Positions 1 through 9,159 are shown, counted from the stretch's first letter. The stretch is 47,463 nt of DNA from a virus (IMGVR_UViG_3300043414_001346:1-47463), one strand, 5' to 3'. Made by a program: numbers and translations. The notes: generated from the sequence alone by a model not told the origin.

Positions 1-224
1 AACATTATTTATATTAAAGATTTATTAAGTAAAATTCAATAAAATAAAATGATTTTTGTCTAAAAAAAACTTGCAAAAAAACATTTTATAACCGACAATC
101 ATAAAAAATGATTATAAAAAAAGCCCCCCTGATTAAAGAAAGGCTTTTTAAATGGTAGGTAAGCAATTAAACAAAAAAACACCCTGATTATAAAGGATGC
201 TAATTTAAAAGTATAAAATAATAT

Positions 225-362
225 ATAAGACTTGAAAAATTATATATAAATTAATAAATAAGACTAAAATAAGTCATATTTAAGTTAAAACAAATAATCA
301 TACATAAAACAATGTATAATTATCATCATACATAAGACTAAAACACATCATATATAAGACAA
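225..362 (+). repeat. Iteron-like direct repeats upstream of rep (candidate replication origin or autoregulatory sites)
   Basis: ATAAGAC(T/A) core at 225, 258, 332, 354; longer ATCATA(C/T)ATAA(A/G)AC(A/T)A copies at 297, 325, 347, in an AT-rich non-coding region. Confidence 0.55.
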
Positions 363-378
363 GGTTAGATTAACAATT

Positions 379-1668
379 ATGTTTCACGATGTCAACAAAA
401 TAAATAATACGCTTCTTGACCCCAGTTTTACTGGGATTAAAACAGAATTGGGAACAATTAATGTTACCCAAAGTGCATTTTATTCACGACTTATTTTTGA
501 AACTTATCGCGTTGAAAAAGAATGGATACAAATACCCCGTGGTTATATGGGTAAAGTTATTCGACGCTCAAAATGTACTGTATCCCGTTGCGTCGTTTTC
601 TTTGAAAAATTAGGCATTATTGATGTTAAACGTAACATCTCAAGCGACGGTGAACATTTCAAAACAACCACCTATTTAAGAGTAAATATTGAAATTGCAA
701 AAAAGTATTTTGGCGACCATTTTACGGGCCTAAATAGCAATAGTGTACGGGCATATTTCTTAAAAAAAGTTAAAGAAAAAATGACTTCAATGAGAGACGC
801 ATTTTGCGCTTTTTCTACCAATGAAACATTTATTAATAATGATATTAAAAAGGAAAAAATTTCAGAATCGGTAAAACAGTCGTTGAATAGCGTAAAAAAT
901 GCATTTGAACAGACAGCCAAATGTTTTAAAAATTCGTTAAATGCGTTTACAACCAATAAAAGTCCATACGGAGAGAATTTAATGAATGATGATACACAAT
1001 GCCAAAAAAATGAAAATTGCGCTGTAGATAGCCTTAATGACCAAGAAAACGATATTAAAACAGATAAAAGAGGGTCTGATCCGCATTATTTTGATAAAAT
1101 GATTCTTACATGTCCAATTGAATGGGTTCAAATTGCAAAAGAGGAAGGCATGCGAGAAAAATATATAGAAGAAGATTTTCAAGATTTTAGGGAATACTGG
1201 TTAAACTGTGGTAAGACAAAGAATGCACGAAAATCAAATTGGTCTCGAACCTGGCGTAATCGCATTCGTGATGTGGTTAATAATTATCGTACAGCATATA
1301 AACGCGAAGATGTGATCATTGATCGGGGCAATGATAATTTTGTATCTGCCCATGCAAAAATAGAAAAACCAGCTTACAATGGTTATCAAAATAATTACGC
1401 AAAAAAATATGAACCTAAAGCGGTTGAAACACGTATACAGCTTAATTTAGCAAATATTGATTTTGATGCATTATTAATTCATAAGCAAATTATTAAAAAA
1501 ATGGGTGAAGCTTGGTATATATCGTGGATTCAAGAAATGAATACGTTTATTTTTCAAGAAGAAGGTGCTTATTTTATCAAAAGTAAAAGTAGTTTTATTG
1601 AATCCAAATTAAAAGAAAATACGATTTTTAACCAATTAATGCGTGAATTGGATATACTATATAAATAA
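379..1668 (+). CDS. Replication initiator protein (N-terminal HTH, central DnaT-like DNA-binding motif, C-terminal DnaA N-terminal-like domain)
   Basis: HTH-like RGYMGKVIRRSKCTVSRCVVFFEKLGII; DnaT-like FQDFREYW...SNWSRTWRNRIRD; DnaA domain I-like KKMGEAWYISWIQEM...IKSKSSFIESKLKEN. Confidence 0.75.
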   Translation: MFHDVNKINNTLLDPSFTGIKTELGTINVTQSAFYSRLIFETYRVEKEWIQIPRGYMGKVIRRSKCTVSRCVVFFEKLGIIDVKRNISSDGEHFKTTTYLRVNIEIAKKYFGDHFTGLNSNSVRAYFLKKVKEKMTSMRDAFCAFSTNETFINNDIKKEKISESVKQSLNSVKNAFEQTAKCFKNSLNAFTTNKSPYGENLMNDDTQCQKNENCAVDSLNDQENDIKTDKRGSDPHYFDKMILTCPIEWVQIAKEEGMREKYIEEDFQDFREYWLNCGKTKNARKSNWSRTWRNRIRDVVNNYRTAYKREDVIIDRGNDNFVSAHAKIEKPAYNGYQNNYAKKYEPKAVETRIQLNLANIDFDALLIHKQIIKKMGEAWYISWIQEMNTFIFQEEGAYFIKSKSSFIESKLKENTIFNQLMRELDILYK

Positions 1669-1693
1669 CTTAATATTTTTTTGTAATTTAACC

Positions 1694-2416
1694 ATGATAA
1701 AAATTATATGTTTTCTTTATGTTTTTTGCTCATTATGCTGTGCTTCAATTACAGGCTATAATATGGGGGCAAATTTCAAATTAAATCATAGGCAGCAAGA
1801 TGTTCAAAAAAAAATTTCGGGTTTGTATATTGACACTTTAAAAAATTATTATAAAAATTGGTATGATGGTTATGAACTAACATTAAACTTTGGTTCTAAA
1901 AGCAAAATTTATAAATTTAATAAACGCAAAGATTCAATTTTAATTTTACAAGAAAATTATAGTATACGGGGTCCATATTTAGAAGTTGAAGAAAAATATG
2001 GTCAATTAAAATATATTTATGATGATAAAAAATTATATGACATGGGTATAAATAAAAAAATTGGTTATTTTTTTGATCCACTTTTTGTTTATGGAAAATG
2101 TGGATTTATGTATGAACCTCATTTAATTAAAAATACTATTGTTTTTAACAAATTAACTGTAAACAGAAACATTGCTGATTGGTATCATTATTTTGAATTT
2201 AACGATAAAACAACAGAATATTTTTATAATGAAAAATATTGTGTTTTTCATGTTTTCAGGCTTAATTTAAATATGGGAATAGAAATAAAAATTTATAGTA
2301 TGAAATATAGAATTGAATTTGAACGTTCATATCCATTAGTAAATAAAAAAATTAATAATTTAAATATTTTAAAAATAAATAATGAATTAAAATGTGGTAT
2401 GTCGTATAATTTTTAA
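1694..2416 (+). CDS. Putative outer-membrane beta-barrel (porin/Lom-like) protein
   Basis: Signal peptide MIKIICFLYVFCSLCCAS from ATG 1694; alternating beta-strand patterns; C-terminal ...ELKCGMSYNF ending in Phe (BAM beta-signal-like). Confidence 0.55.
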   Translation: MIKIICFLYVFCSLCCASITGYNMGANFKLNHRQQDVQKKISGLYIDTLKNYYKNWYDGYELTLNFGSKSKIYKFNKRKDSILILQENYSIRGPYLEVEEKYGQLKYIYDDKKLYDMGINKKIGYFFDPLFVYGKCGFMYEPHLIKNTIVFNKLTVNRNIADWYHYFEFNDKTTEYFYNEKYCVFHVFRLNLNMGIEIKIYSMKYRIEFERSYPLVNKKINNLNILKINNELKCGMSYNF

Positions 2417-2423
2417 ACAATAT

Positions 2424-2497
2424 TGGAAAATAGTTTAGCGGTAGAACATTGGGTTTTGATCCCAAGGACATTGGTTCGAATCCAGTTTTTCCATCCA
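2424..2497 (+). tRNA. tRNA-Gln (UUG)
   Basis: Acceptor TGGAAAA/TTTTCCA, anticodon stem TTGGG/CCCAA with loop TTTTGAT, T-loop TTCGAAT, encoded CCA. Confidence 0.93.
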
Positions 2498-2498
2498 T

Positions 2499-3038
2499 TT
2501 ATATTTTTTCATACCCAATTACCCCGATTAGATTAGCCCCAATTAAAATAGTTCCTAATAAATTAGCCCCGGTTAAATCAGCTTGGAATAAATTAGCTCG
2601 ATATAAATTAGTATAGGATAAATTAGCCAAGGATAAATTAGCTTTAGATAAATTAACCTCCTCTAAATCCGCTTCTGTTAAATCTGCTTTGGTTAAATCA
2701 ACCTTACATAAATTAGCCCCACGTAAATCTGCTTTGGTTAAATCAACCTTACATAAATTAGCTCCATTTAACTTAACCCCAATTAAATAAGATCCCGTTA
2801 AATTAGCTTCTAATAAATTAGCTCCAGATAAATTAGCTTTGGATAAATTTGTATCAGATAAATTAGCTTTTGTTAAATTAACTCCAGATAAATTAGTATT
2901 GGTTAAATTTGTATCAGATAAATTAATACAAGATAAGTTTAAATTGGACAAATCTAACCCGGACAAATTACTATTAGACAAATCTTTATCTAAGTTGTAT
3001 TTTTCGATAACTTCTTCCCGAGTGTTATATCTTTTCAT
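2499..3038 (-). CDS. Pentapeptide repeat protein
   Basis: Long run of A(N/D)Lxx repeats; N-cap KRYNTREEVIEKYN; C-cap GVIGY. Confidence 0.95.
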   Translation of the reverse strand: MKRYNTREEVIEKYNLDKDLSNSNLSGLDLSNLNLSCINLSDTNLTNTNLSGVNLTKANLSDTNLSKANLSGANLLEANLTGSYLIGVKLNGANLCKVDLTKADLRGANLCKVDLTKADLTEADLEEVNLSKANLSLANLSYTNLYRANLFQADLTGANLLGTILIGANLIGVIGYEKI

Positions 3039-3049
3039 GTTAAATCTTT

Positions 3050-3457
3050 TTAAAAAAATGGGACATCGTCTTTTAATTCATCGGTTTGTGGTAATGATTC
3101 AGGTAAATCTGATTGTATACGTTGAATAAAACCTCTATAAGGTTTTAAAACAATTTCTGTTACTTTTGTTTCAATACCATTTTGATTTGTGTATTTACGT
3201 GTTTTAAGTTCACCTTCAATAAAAACATGATCATCAATTTTCAAATGTTCTTTTACATAATTTATTAAATCTTGATTTCGTACAAGAATCTGAAACCAAT
3301 CTTTGGTTGCGTAGGTTTCATTTGTTTTTTTATTAAAGAAAGATTCATTGGTCATAATTGATAAACCACATACGTGTTGACCATCTGGAAAAGAAAAAAA
3401 GTTAGGCTCTTTAATCAATTGGCCTATTAACGTTACTTTGTTAAAACTTTGTATCAT
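3050..3457 (-). CDS. ssb: Single-stranded DNA-binding protein
   Basis: NKVTLIGQL...VFIEGELKTRKY...TEIV; acidic tail DDVPFF. Confidence 0.95.
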   Translation of the reverse strand: MIQSFNKVTLIGQLIKEPNFFSFPDGQHVCGLSIMTNESFFNKKTNETYATKDWFQILVRNQDLINYVKEHLKIDDHVFIEGELKTRKYTNQNGIETKVTEIVLKPYRGFIQRIQSDLPESLPQTDELKDDVPFF

Positions 3458-3894
3458 AATATTTCCTTGTTTTCTAATTTGTTTATTATTTTATCTAATT
3501 TTTTGCAATATTCCAAAACAATTTGAAGTATCATGCCATTATCAATAAGAATATTTTGTATTTTTGTATTTGTAAAAATTGTATTTTGTAAAATACAATC
3601 AATAAAATAAGAATGTGTTAAATTGCTATTTAAAAATGTTACATCTGTTAAATTACAATCTCTAAAATCACAATGATGGGCATCACAATTTGATATGTCA
3701 GCGTTGGTTAAATTAGAATTACGAAAAGTTGTTCTTTCTAAATCTGAACCTTTTAAAATAATATTTTTTAAATCTAATTCTGATAAGTTTAAACATGACA
3801 AATCATGATTTGAAAAATCACGAGTATTATTGTATTTATTTATAAATTCTTCACGTGTGTAAATTCTATGTAAATCATCAAAATTTTTTAACAT
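3454..3894 (-). CDS. Pentapeptide repeat protein
   Basis: Pentapeptide repeats (SNLTNADISNCDAHHCDFRDCNL); N-cap IYTREEFINKYN. Confidence 0.92.
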   Translation of the reverse strand: MLKNFDDLHRIYTREEFINKYNNTRDFSNHDLSCLNLSELDLKNIILKGSDLERTTFRNSNLTNADISNCDAHHCDFRDCNLTDVTFLNSNLTHSYFIDCILQNTIFTNTKIQNILIDNGMILQIVLEYCKKLDKIINKLENKEIL

Positions 3895-3919
3895 TTATTT
3901 GATCTTTCTAAATAAAATT

Positions 3920-3990
3920 AGGGTGTATTAAACTTTAACATCTAATACACCTTTGAAACCTCTGTAATGGAGTTACAAAACAGAGTTTTA
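3920..3990 (-). promoter_or_regulatory. Intergenic double stem-loop (terminator or processing site)
   Basis: Inverted repeat GGTGTATTA/TAATACACC (3922-3951) plus CTCTGT/ACAGAG and TGTAA/TTACA stems. Confidence 0.45.
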
Positions 3991-4026
3991 AAATAAGTTA
4001 TTTTTATTTTAAAAGCAATATGTTAT

Positions 4027-4365
4027 TTAATTTGTAATTTTTAATTGATATCCAATTACCCCGGTTAAATTAGCCCCGGTTAAATTAGCCCCGGTTAAAT
4101 TAGCCCCGGTTAAATCAGCCCAGGATAAATTAGCATTGATTAACTCAGCATTTGTTAAAGTTGCCCCAGACAAATCAACCGCTTTTAACTCAGCTCCAGT
4201 TAAATTTGCCCATTTTAAATTAACCCCAGACAAATCAGATTGAGATAAATTAACTTTAAATAAATCAACCCATCTTAAATCCAAACCAGATAAATCACAA
4301 TATGCAAAATTTTTATCTAAATTATATTGTTTAATAACTTCTTCTCGTGTTGTATATTTTTTCAT
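4027..4365 (-). CDS. Pentapeptide repeat protein
   Basis: ANLTG repeats (15-bp DNA tandem units); N-cap KKYTTREEVIKQYN; C-cap GVIGY. Confidence 0.95.
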   Translation of the reverse strand: MKKYTTREEVIKQYNLDKNFAYCDLSGLDLRWVDLFKVNLSQSDLSGVNLKWANLTGAELKAVDLSGATLTNAELINANLSWADLTGANLTGANLTGANLTGVIGYQLKITN

Positions 4366-4865
4366 AAATCTAACCCTATAGAGCCAATTAACTTATTTCC
4401 AAACAAACGAGCTTTGCTTATATAAGCTTTTGTTAAATTAACTCCCGTTGTTTTAGCCTTATATAAATCAGCTTCCGTTAAATTAGTGTAAGATAAATTA
4501 GCATAAGATAAATCAGCTTTTGATAACGTAGTCCATTCTAACTTAGCCCCGTATAAATTAGCATAAGATAAATCAGCCTCAAATAAATTAGCAAACACTA
4601 AATCAACACAAACCATATAACAATGTGACAAATTTGCTTCTGAAAAATGACAATGCCGCACATCAGCTTTTGAAAAATTAGATGCAGTTAAATTAGAGCG
4701 AACAAAATAAGAATCATTTAAATCAGCCTTTTTAAAATTACAACAAGTAAAATCAGCCTCAGATAAATTTGTGTTGGATAAATCCAATCCTTCAAAATCA
4801 CAATATGCAAAATTTTTATCTAAATTATATTGTTTAATAACTTCTTCTCGTGTTGTATATTTTTT
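4292..4865. repeat. Identical ~71-bp direct repeat (4292-4362 and 4795-4865) encoding the shared pentapeptide N-cap
   Basis: Both copies encode KKYTTREEVIKQYNLDKNFAYCD with identical DNA. Confidence 0.9.
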
Positions 4866-5087
4866 TCTATATACATCATTTTGTGTGCCTAATTTTTTAT
4901 AATTATCCCATTTATGACTTGGTTCTTTTAAACATGATTTAAGTGGTACTGGGACGTAGTCCCATTTATGACTTGGTTCTTTTAAACATGATTTAAGAGG
5001 TTGCTCTGATTTAATGTTTTGTACGTGCTCTATGTTATGTATATTGTCTACGTTGTGTATATTGTCCATGTTATTTGTATAGTCCAT
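4362..5087 (-). CDS. Pentapeptide repeat protein with repetitive N-terminal extension
   Basis: Pentapeptide repeats after KKYTTREEVIKQYN; N-terminal DNIHN repeats and duplicated PLKSCLKEPSHKWD. Confidence 0.95.
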   Translation of the reverse strand: MDYTNNMDNIHNVDNIHNIEHVQNIKSEQPLKSCLKEPSHKWDYVPVPLKSCLKEPSHKWDNYKKLGTQNDVYRKKYTTREEVIKQYNLDKNFAYCDFEGLDLSNTNLSEADFTCCNFKKADLNDSYFVRSNLTASNFSKADVRHCHFSEANLSHCYMVCVDLVFANLFEADLSYANLYGAKLEWTTLSKADLSYANLSYTNLTEADLYKAKTTGVNLTKAYISKARLFGNKLIGSIGLDL

Positions 5088-5090
5088 AAT

Positions 5091-5855
5091 TTAATCTTTC
5101 TTATTAACAGATATTAACCAAGTTTTCATTTTTGTTAATGATTCAACAGATGCATTTTTAAAATCATTTTCTATGTGCATTTTAATTTTTTGTGCTAAAT
5201 CATTGTCCATTTCGTACGCCTCAACCCAACAATTTTCCCATAAAGTTAAAATAGATTCTTGTAGGTATGTTGAATTAGACGTCACAGCCGGTGTTTCTTT
5301 TAACGGTTGTGATTTAATAAGTACGGGTGATGTTTTATTAAATGCGTCTGTAACTATTTTGGCATTAAATGATTTTAAATTAGATGCCATATTCCCGTCA
5401 TCGTCATCTAATTCGGAGCAAATACCAAGCAGTGATAGTAATAAATAACGGCGTGCATAGGTAATGGCCGAACCCATCTTTTGCATGTCAACAGCGCCTT
5501 TTAATGGCAAACTTGTTGTTATGCATTCGCCAGATTCCACATGAACTAAACTAGCAATTACGTTTTCCGCATCAAATGAATACGTTAACAATATTTTATG
5601 TTTTTGAAGCACCGGTAATACTGTTTTTAATACGCTTTTTAAACTTGAATATTTGTTTTTTAAATGTGGATTGGTTGCATCATTTTCAATCGTAGGCAAT
5701 TCAATTTGAACAGTAAGCAATGCTGAATAAATTGTTACATTCTTTGATGCAGGTACGGCCCATGTTGTGTTTTCAATTACGTGAGTTTTGTCCGTCATTG
5801 CATTCGCAATTCGCGAATTGCGAATAACCTCATCTGTTTCGGTTTCTTTAGTCAT
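5091..5855 (-). CDS. erf: ERF-family single-strand annealing recombinase
   Basis: NPHLKNKYSSL...QKMGSAITYARRYLLLSLLGI...DDDDGN; likely start MTKET at 5855 behind AAGGAAG. Confidence 0.93.
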   Translation of the reverse strand: MTKETETDEVIRNSRIANAMTDKTHVIENTTWAVPASKNVTIYSALLTVQIELPTIENDATNPHLKNKYSSLKSVLKTVLPVLQKHKILLTYSFDAENVIASLVHVESGECITTSLPLKGAVDMQKMGSAITYARRYLLLSLLGICSELDDDDGNMASNLKSFNAKIVTDAFNKTSPVLIKSQPLKETPAVTSNSTYLQESILTLWENCWVEAYEMDNDLAQKIKMHIENDFKNASVESLTKMKTWLISVNKKD

Positions 5856-6171
5856 TGTTTTCTTCCTTTTCATAAATTAATTTGATTATATCAAGTGAAC
5901 GTTTTATGATGGTTGCATGATCAATATTAAAACTAGTTTTTGCTGCATGAACAATTTTTATAAGTAAATATAAATATATGCTTAAAAAATCTTCTTGTTT
6001 TAATGGTTTATCTGTATCAACTTTTATTTCAACATCCGAATTTATAATCTTTACTGAATTAGTGGACTCTTTAAATTTAATGTTTGATGAAAAATAAGCT
6101 ATAATGCCAAATTCATCTCTTTCAACTTCTTTGGGTTTAAAGTCAGTAATATTAGTTGTTTCTTTAGCCAT
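5848..6171 (-). CDS. Hypothetical protein, tandem paralog family A (copy 3)
   Basis: Shares NI(T/I)DFK, IYLxLL and KEExND motifs with the two upstream genes. Confidence 0.8.
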   Translation of the reverse strand: MAKETTNITDFKPKEVERDEFGIIAYFSSNIKFKESTNSVKIINSDVEIKVDTDKPLKQEDFLSIYLYLLIKIVHAAKTSFNIDHATIIKRSLDIIKLIYEKEENND

Positions 6172-6499
6172 TGGTTTCTTCCTTTTCATAACATCCATTA
6201 ACAATATCTATTGAACTTTTCACAATGGTTTCATAATTAAAATTAAGTTTATCTTTTCCCATTAAAATAAGTGTTTCCAACAAAAATAAATAAACATTCA
6301 TATAATCTATTGGATTTAATACTTTGTCAGTTACAATGTTAATATTTGCGTCTTTGCGTTCTATGTTTATGTCTCTATATTCTTTTCCATAATTAATCTC
6401 TGCCATAAACTCTGCTTTTAAAACATATGAATCGTCTTTATCGTCATTTGTTTTTTGCTTTGATTTAAAATCAATAATATTAGTTGTTTCTTTAGTCAT
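6164..6499 (-). CDS. Hypothetical protein, tandem paralog family A (copy 2)
   Basis: NIIDFKSK...DDSYVL...VYLFLL...ETIVKSSID...EKEETNG. Confidence 0.8.
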   Translation of the reverse strand: MTKETTNIIDFKSKQKTNDDKDDSYVLKAEFMAEINYGKEYRDINIERKDANINIVTDKVLNPIDYMNVYLFLLETLILMGKDKLNFNYETIVKSSIDIVNGCYEKEETNG

Positions 6500-6836
6500 T
6501 GGTTTCTTCCTTTTTAAAACATGTATCAATGGCATCTATTGATTTTTTCATAATAGTTTCATGATCAAAATTAAATTTATTTTTTGCCATGTTAATAATT
6601 TTATTAAGTAAAAATAAATAAATACTCATAAGATCTGGTTGTTGTAATACTTTTTCACTAGTAACTTTTATTTCTGATCCTTGGTTTTTTATATCAATTT
6701 CTTCATCTGTTTCTCTATATTTAATTTGTGCCACAAAACTTGCGTCTAAAACATATGAATCGTCAAAAACACATGCGTCGTTTTCATTGGTATTTATTTT
6801 TTTATTTGATTTAAAATCAATAACATTGGAAGTCAT
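6492..6836 (-). CDS. Hypothetical protein, tandem paralog family A (copy 1)
   Basis: NVIDFKSN...DDSYVL...IYLFLL...ETIMKKSID...KKEETND; RBS AAGGA upstream. Confidence 0.8.
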   Translation of the reverse strand: MTSNVIDFKSNKKINTNENDACVFDDSYVLDASFVAQIKYRETDEEIDIKNQGSEIKVTSEKVLQQPDLMSIYLFLLNKIINMAKNKFNFDHETIMKKSIDAIDTCFKKEETND

Positions 6837-6846
6837 AATTATTCCT

Positions 6847-7257
6847 TTAATGGTAAGTTACTGTATTAGTATTAGTATTAGTATTATGTTCATGATGAAT
6901 TTTTTCTGCTGTTGCATTCATACATTCTACAAGCAGTTCTACTTTTTCTTTATCTAATTTATCTTTATTTGTTACATTGTATTTTACCTCAACGTCATTT
7001 GTATTGGGTTTAATGTAAACACTCATTGTAAGGTGAAAATCAGGTTTATTTATTGCTAAATCAGATGACTTTGAATGTTTCAACAATTGTTTGTTTTGTT
7101 TGGTATTGTTTGTAGAGTTCTCCATGTTCCTCTTTGAATTTTTTTTGATCAAAACTCGTGCGGAAAGAGCTCGTAAAAGATGCTTCAACAAGACCTTTAT
7201 CCGAAACAAGTTGTGAGTTGCATGGCATAAATTCAATAATTTTTTCACGTATAACAT
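6847..7257 (-). CDS. Hypothetical protein (true start probably downstream; 5' part overlaps the YqaJ gene)
   Basis: ORF fills the gap in the operon and ends in NT repeats; start uncertain. Confidence 0.5.
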   Translation of the reverse strand: MLYVKKLLNLCHATHNLFRIKVLLKHLLRALSARVLIKKNSKRNMENSTNNTKQNKQLLKHSKSSDLAINKPDFHLTMSVYIKPNTNDVEVKYNVTNKDKLDKEKVELLVECMNATAEKIHHEHNTNTNTNTVTYH

Positions 7258-8032
7258 CTATTTCACTTTCTAAATCTTTTATGTTCTTTTTTAAAATACG
7301 GTATTTTTTACAATGTTCATCTAAATATGAATTAATTAAAAATTGAGGCAGGTCTTTGTTGCTATCAATTTTACTGCCTAAATACATTTCTAAATCAACT
7401 GATGTTTGTAATTCTGAAATTGGTTTATTGGCTGTTACATGTTCCCAAAACAGATCAACAGTATTTAAAATGTGTGACTCTAATTCAATATTTCGTGTAT
7501 AACGATAGGTACGTAAATCCGTATTGCCAATTAAAACCATTAAATCAACATAATCAACATCCATAACTGCCGCATAATAAGCAATTTGAAGTCGATAATG
7601 TAATGGGTAAATTTCACTTCCTGATTCACCCCAGTTTTTTTTGGTAAATGCATTTGCAGTTTTACATTCTAAAATAGCGCGTTTTTCTATGCTTGATTTA
7701 GTTGGTTTTTCTGCTAATTCATCAATAAGATGCAATTTAGGTGAAATTTCAAAATCAATATTAACACGATAATGAGGTTTTTCTGGGTGTACGTAAGTTG
7801 GTATTTTTATTAAAAATATATCTTGGTTTTCTTCCGCATATTTTTTACCAATAAAATCCTCTAAATAACTGCCCAATTCCATTGGCAGGGATGTTGGTTT
7901 TGCCCCTCCAACGCCTAATTTTTCATTATACACATCGTTAATTGTTTTCCAAGGATCGCACCCCATAATTGCGGCTATATCGGACCCACCTATACCTAAT
8001 CGGCGTTCATTTAATTGTTGTTCAGTTAACAT
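7061..8032 (-). CDS. YqaJ-like (lambda exonuclease family) viral recombination exonuclease
   Basis: RRLGIGGSDIAAIMG...PWKT...EKLG; LECKT; YRLQIAYY. Confidence 0.95.
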   Translation of the reverse strand: MLTEQQLNERRLGIGGSDIAAIMGCDPWKTINDVYNEKLGVGGAKPTSLPMELGSYLEDFIGKKYAEENQDIFLIKIPTYVHPEKPHYRVNIDFEISPKLHLIDELAEKPTKSSIEKRAILECKTANAFTKKNWGESGSEIYPLHYRLQIAYYAAVMDVDYVDLMVLIGNTDLRTYRYTRNIELESHILNTVDLFWEHVTANKPISELQTSVDLEMYLGSKIDSNKDLPQFLINSYLDEHCKKYRILKKNIKDLESEIDVIREKIIEFMPCNSQLVSDKGLVEASFTSSFRTSFDQKKFKEEHGELYKQYQTKQTIVETFKVI

Positions 8033-8441
8033 TTTCTTTCCTTTCTTTTTTTAAATTTGTATTTATTGTTTTAAAAATAATTTCCCAGGGTATACCATCT
8101 GAAAAACTCCACCCTCTTAAATAAGTGTTGTAGTAATTAATTTTATCCTCAAGAGTATCAAGTGGTAAATTAAGAGGAAATAATAAACTTATAATTTTAT
8201 CTATTTTATGTTTCTTTAAATATTTACCATTATAAAAAATTTGTTGTAAAATTAAACCTGGATTACGTTCATACAGTTGAATACGATCTAAAATATGCCG
8301 ACCATTTGTTTTTTTGCTTTTAATTTTTGTTAACGTTGAATTAGACACGTTAAACAATAAACCAAAATCACGCGTGGACAAATTAAGCGACAAACGAAAT
8401 TGTTCTAAATTTTCAAAACTGTAAGGCGTTTTTTTAATCAT
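8022..8441 (-). CDS. XRE-like helix-turn-helix DNA-binding protein
   Basis: LEQFRLSLNLSTRDFGLLFNVSNSTLTKIK. Confidence 0.65.
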   Translation of the reverse strand: MIKKTPYSFENLEQFRLSLNLSTRDFGLLFNVSNSTLTKIKSKKTNGRHILDRIQLYERNPGLILQQIFYNGKYLKKHKIDKIISLLFPLNLPLDTLEDKINYYNTYLRGWSFSDGIPWEIIFKTINTNLKKERKENVN

Positions 8442-8468
8442 TAACTTCTTCCCTGGTATTATATTTTT

Positions 8469-8675
8469 TTATAAACTGCCTTCACCTTCTTTTTTAATAA
8501 TTTCTTCAATTTTATTAAGTTGACGGTTTAAAAAATAAAGATGGTCAATTATTATAAAACGTTTATTTGTTTTTGAATTTATTTTTTCCAATAATAAATA
8601 AAATTGATCCATTGCCTTTCTTTCAAGTTTTTTTATATCTTTTAAATTCATTACATAATCATTTTTTTCGTCCAT
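8469..8675 (-). CDS. Hypothetical protein
   Basis: ORF in operon orientation. Confidence 0.6.
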   Translation of the reverse strand: MDEKNDYVMNLKDIKKLERKAMDQFYLLLEKINSKTNKRFIIIDHLYFLNRQLNKIEEIIKKEGEGSL

Positions 8676-8775
8676 AACATCTCACTAACGCAGGTTTTAC
8701 CATAATATTAAAAATTGTAATTACTGATGCAACATATAAACAACTTATATATAAATCATACAAAACAACTTCCAT
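8659..8775 (-). CDS. Small membrane peptide (38 aa, not in ORF track)
   Basis: MEVVLYDLYISCLYVASVITIFNIMVKPALVRCYGRKK; ATG overlaps the upstream TAA (TAATG coupling); GGAG upstream. Confidence 0.55.
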   Translation of the reverse strand: MEVVLYDLYISCLYVASVITIFNIMVKPALVRCYGRKK

Positions 8776-9029
8776 TAAAATTCTCCAAATTTAAAAATTA
8801 AAAATAATACTTTGTTTAAATACACATCGTGTACAAGTGAAACATAATTTTCACGTACCCAAATGTTGTCAAGCACTATGTCGGTACAACCGACAGACTC
8901 AAGTAACAAAGCACATTCGGAAGTTAATTGAATATGTTCTATGCGCGGTGTAACTGTTTTTCTATATAAAATATGCTTAATAGTAAAATTGTCGTATAAA
9001 TCTATAAATTCTTTTGTATGTGGTATCAT
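8775..9029 (-). CDS. Hypothetical protein
   Basis: ORF with RBS AGGAGA. Confidence 0.7.
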   Translation of the reverse strand: MIPHTKEFIDLYDNFTIKHILYRKTVTPRIEHIQLTSECALLLESVGCTDIVLDNIWVRENYVSLVHDVYLNKVLFLIFKFGEF

Positions 9030-9051
9030 AATGTGTCTCCTGTATATTATG

Positions 9052-9150
9052 TTAAATGTTTATAATTAATGAAATATATTTGTAAAAAAATACAAACATA
9101 ATTATTAAATAAATTATTGTTGAAATTGTAATTATAGTTGCAATATTCAT
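9052..9150 (-). CDS. Small hydrophobic peptide (32 aa, not in ORF track)
   Basis: MNIATIITISTIIYLIIMFVFFYKYISLIINI; AGGA upstream; fills an intergenic gap. Confidence 0.5.
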   Translation of the reverse strand: MNIATIITISTIIYLIIMFVFFYKYISLIINI

Positions 9151-9159
9151 AATTAAATC

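Noticed and set aside
14-28. Perfect CtrA box TTAA-N7-TTAA
   Set aside because: One or two such matches are expected by chance in intergenic DNA this AT-rich; not supportable alone
4292-4865. Diversity-generating retroelement TR/VR pair
   Set aside because: The copies are identical with no adenine-specific mismatches, both are coding, and no reverse transcriptase is present
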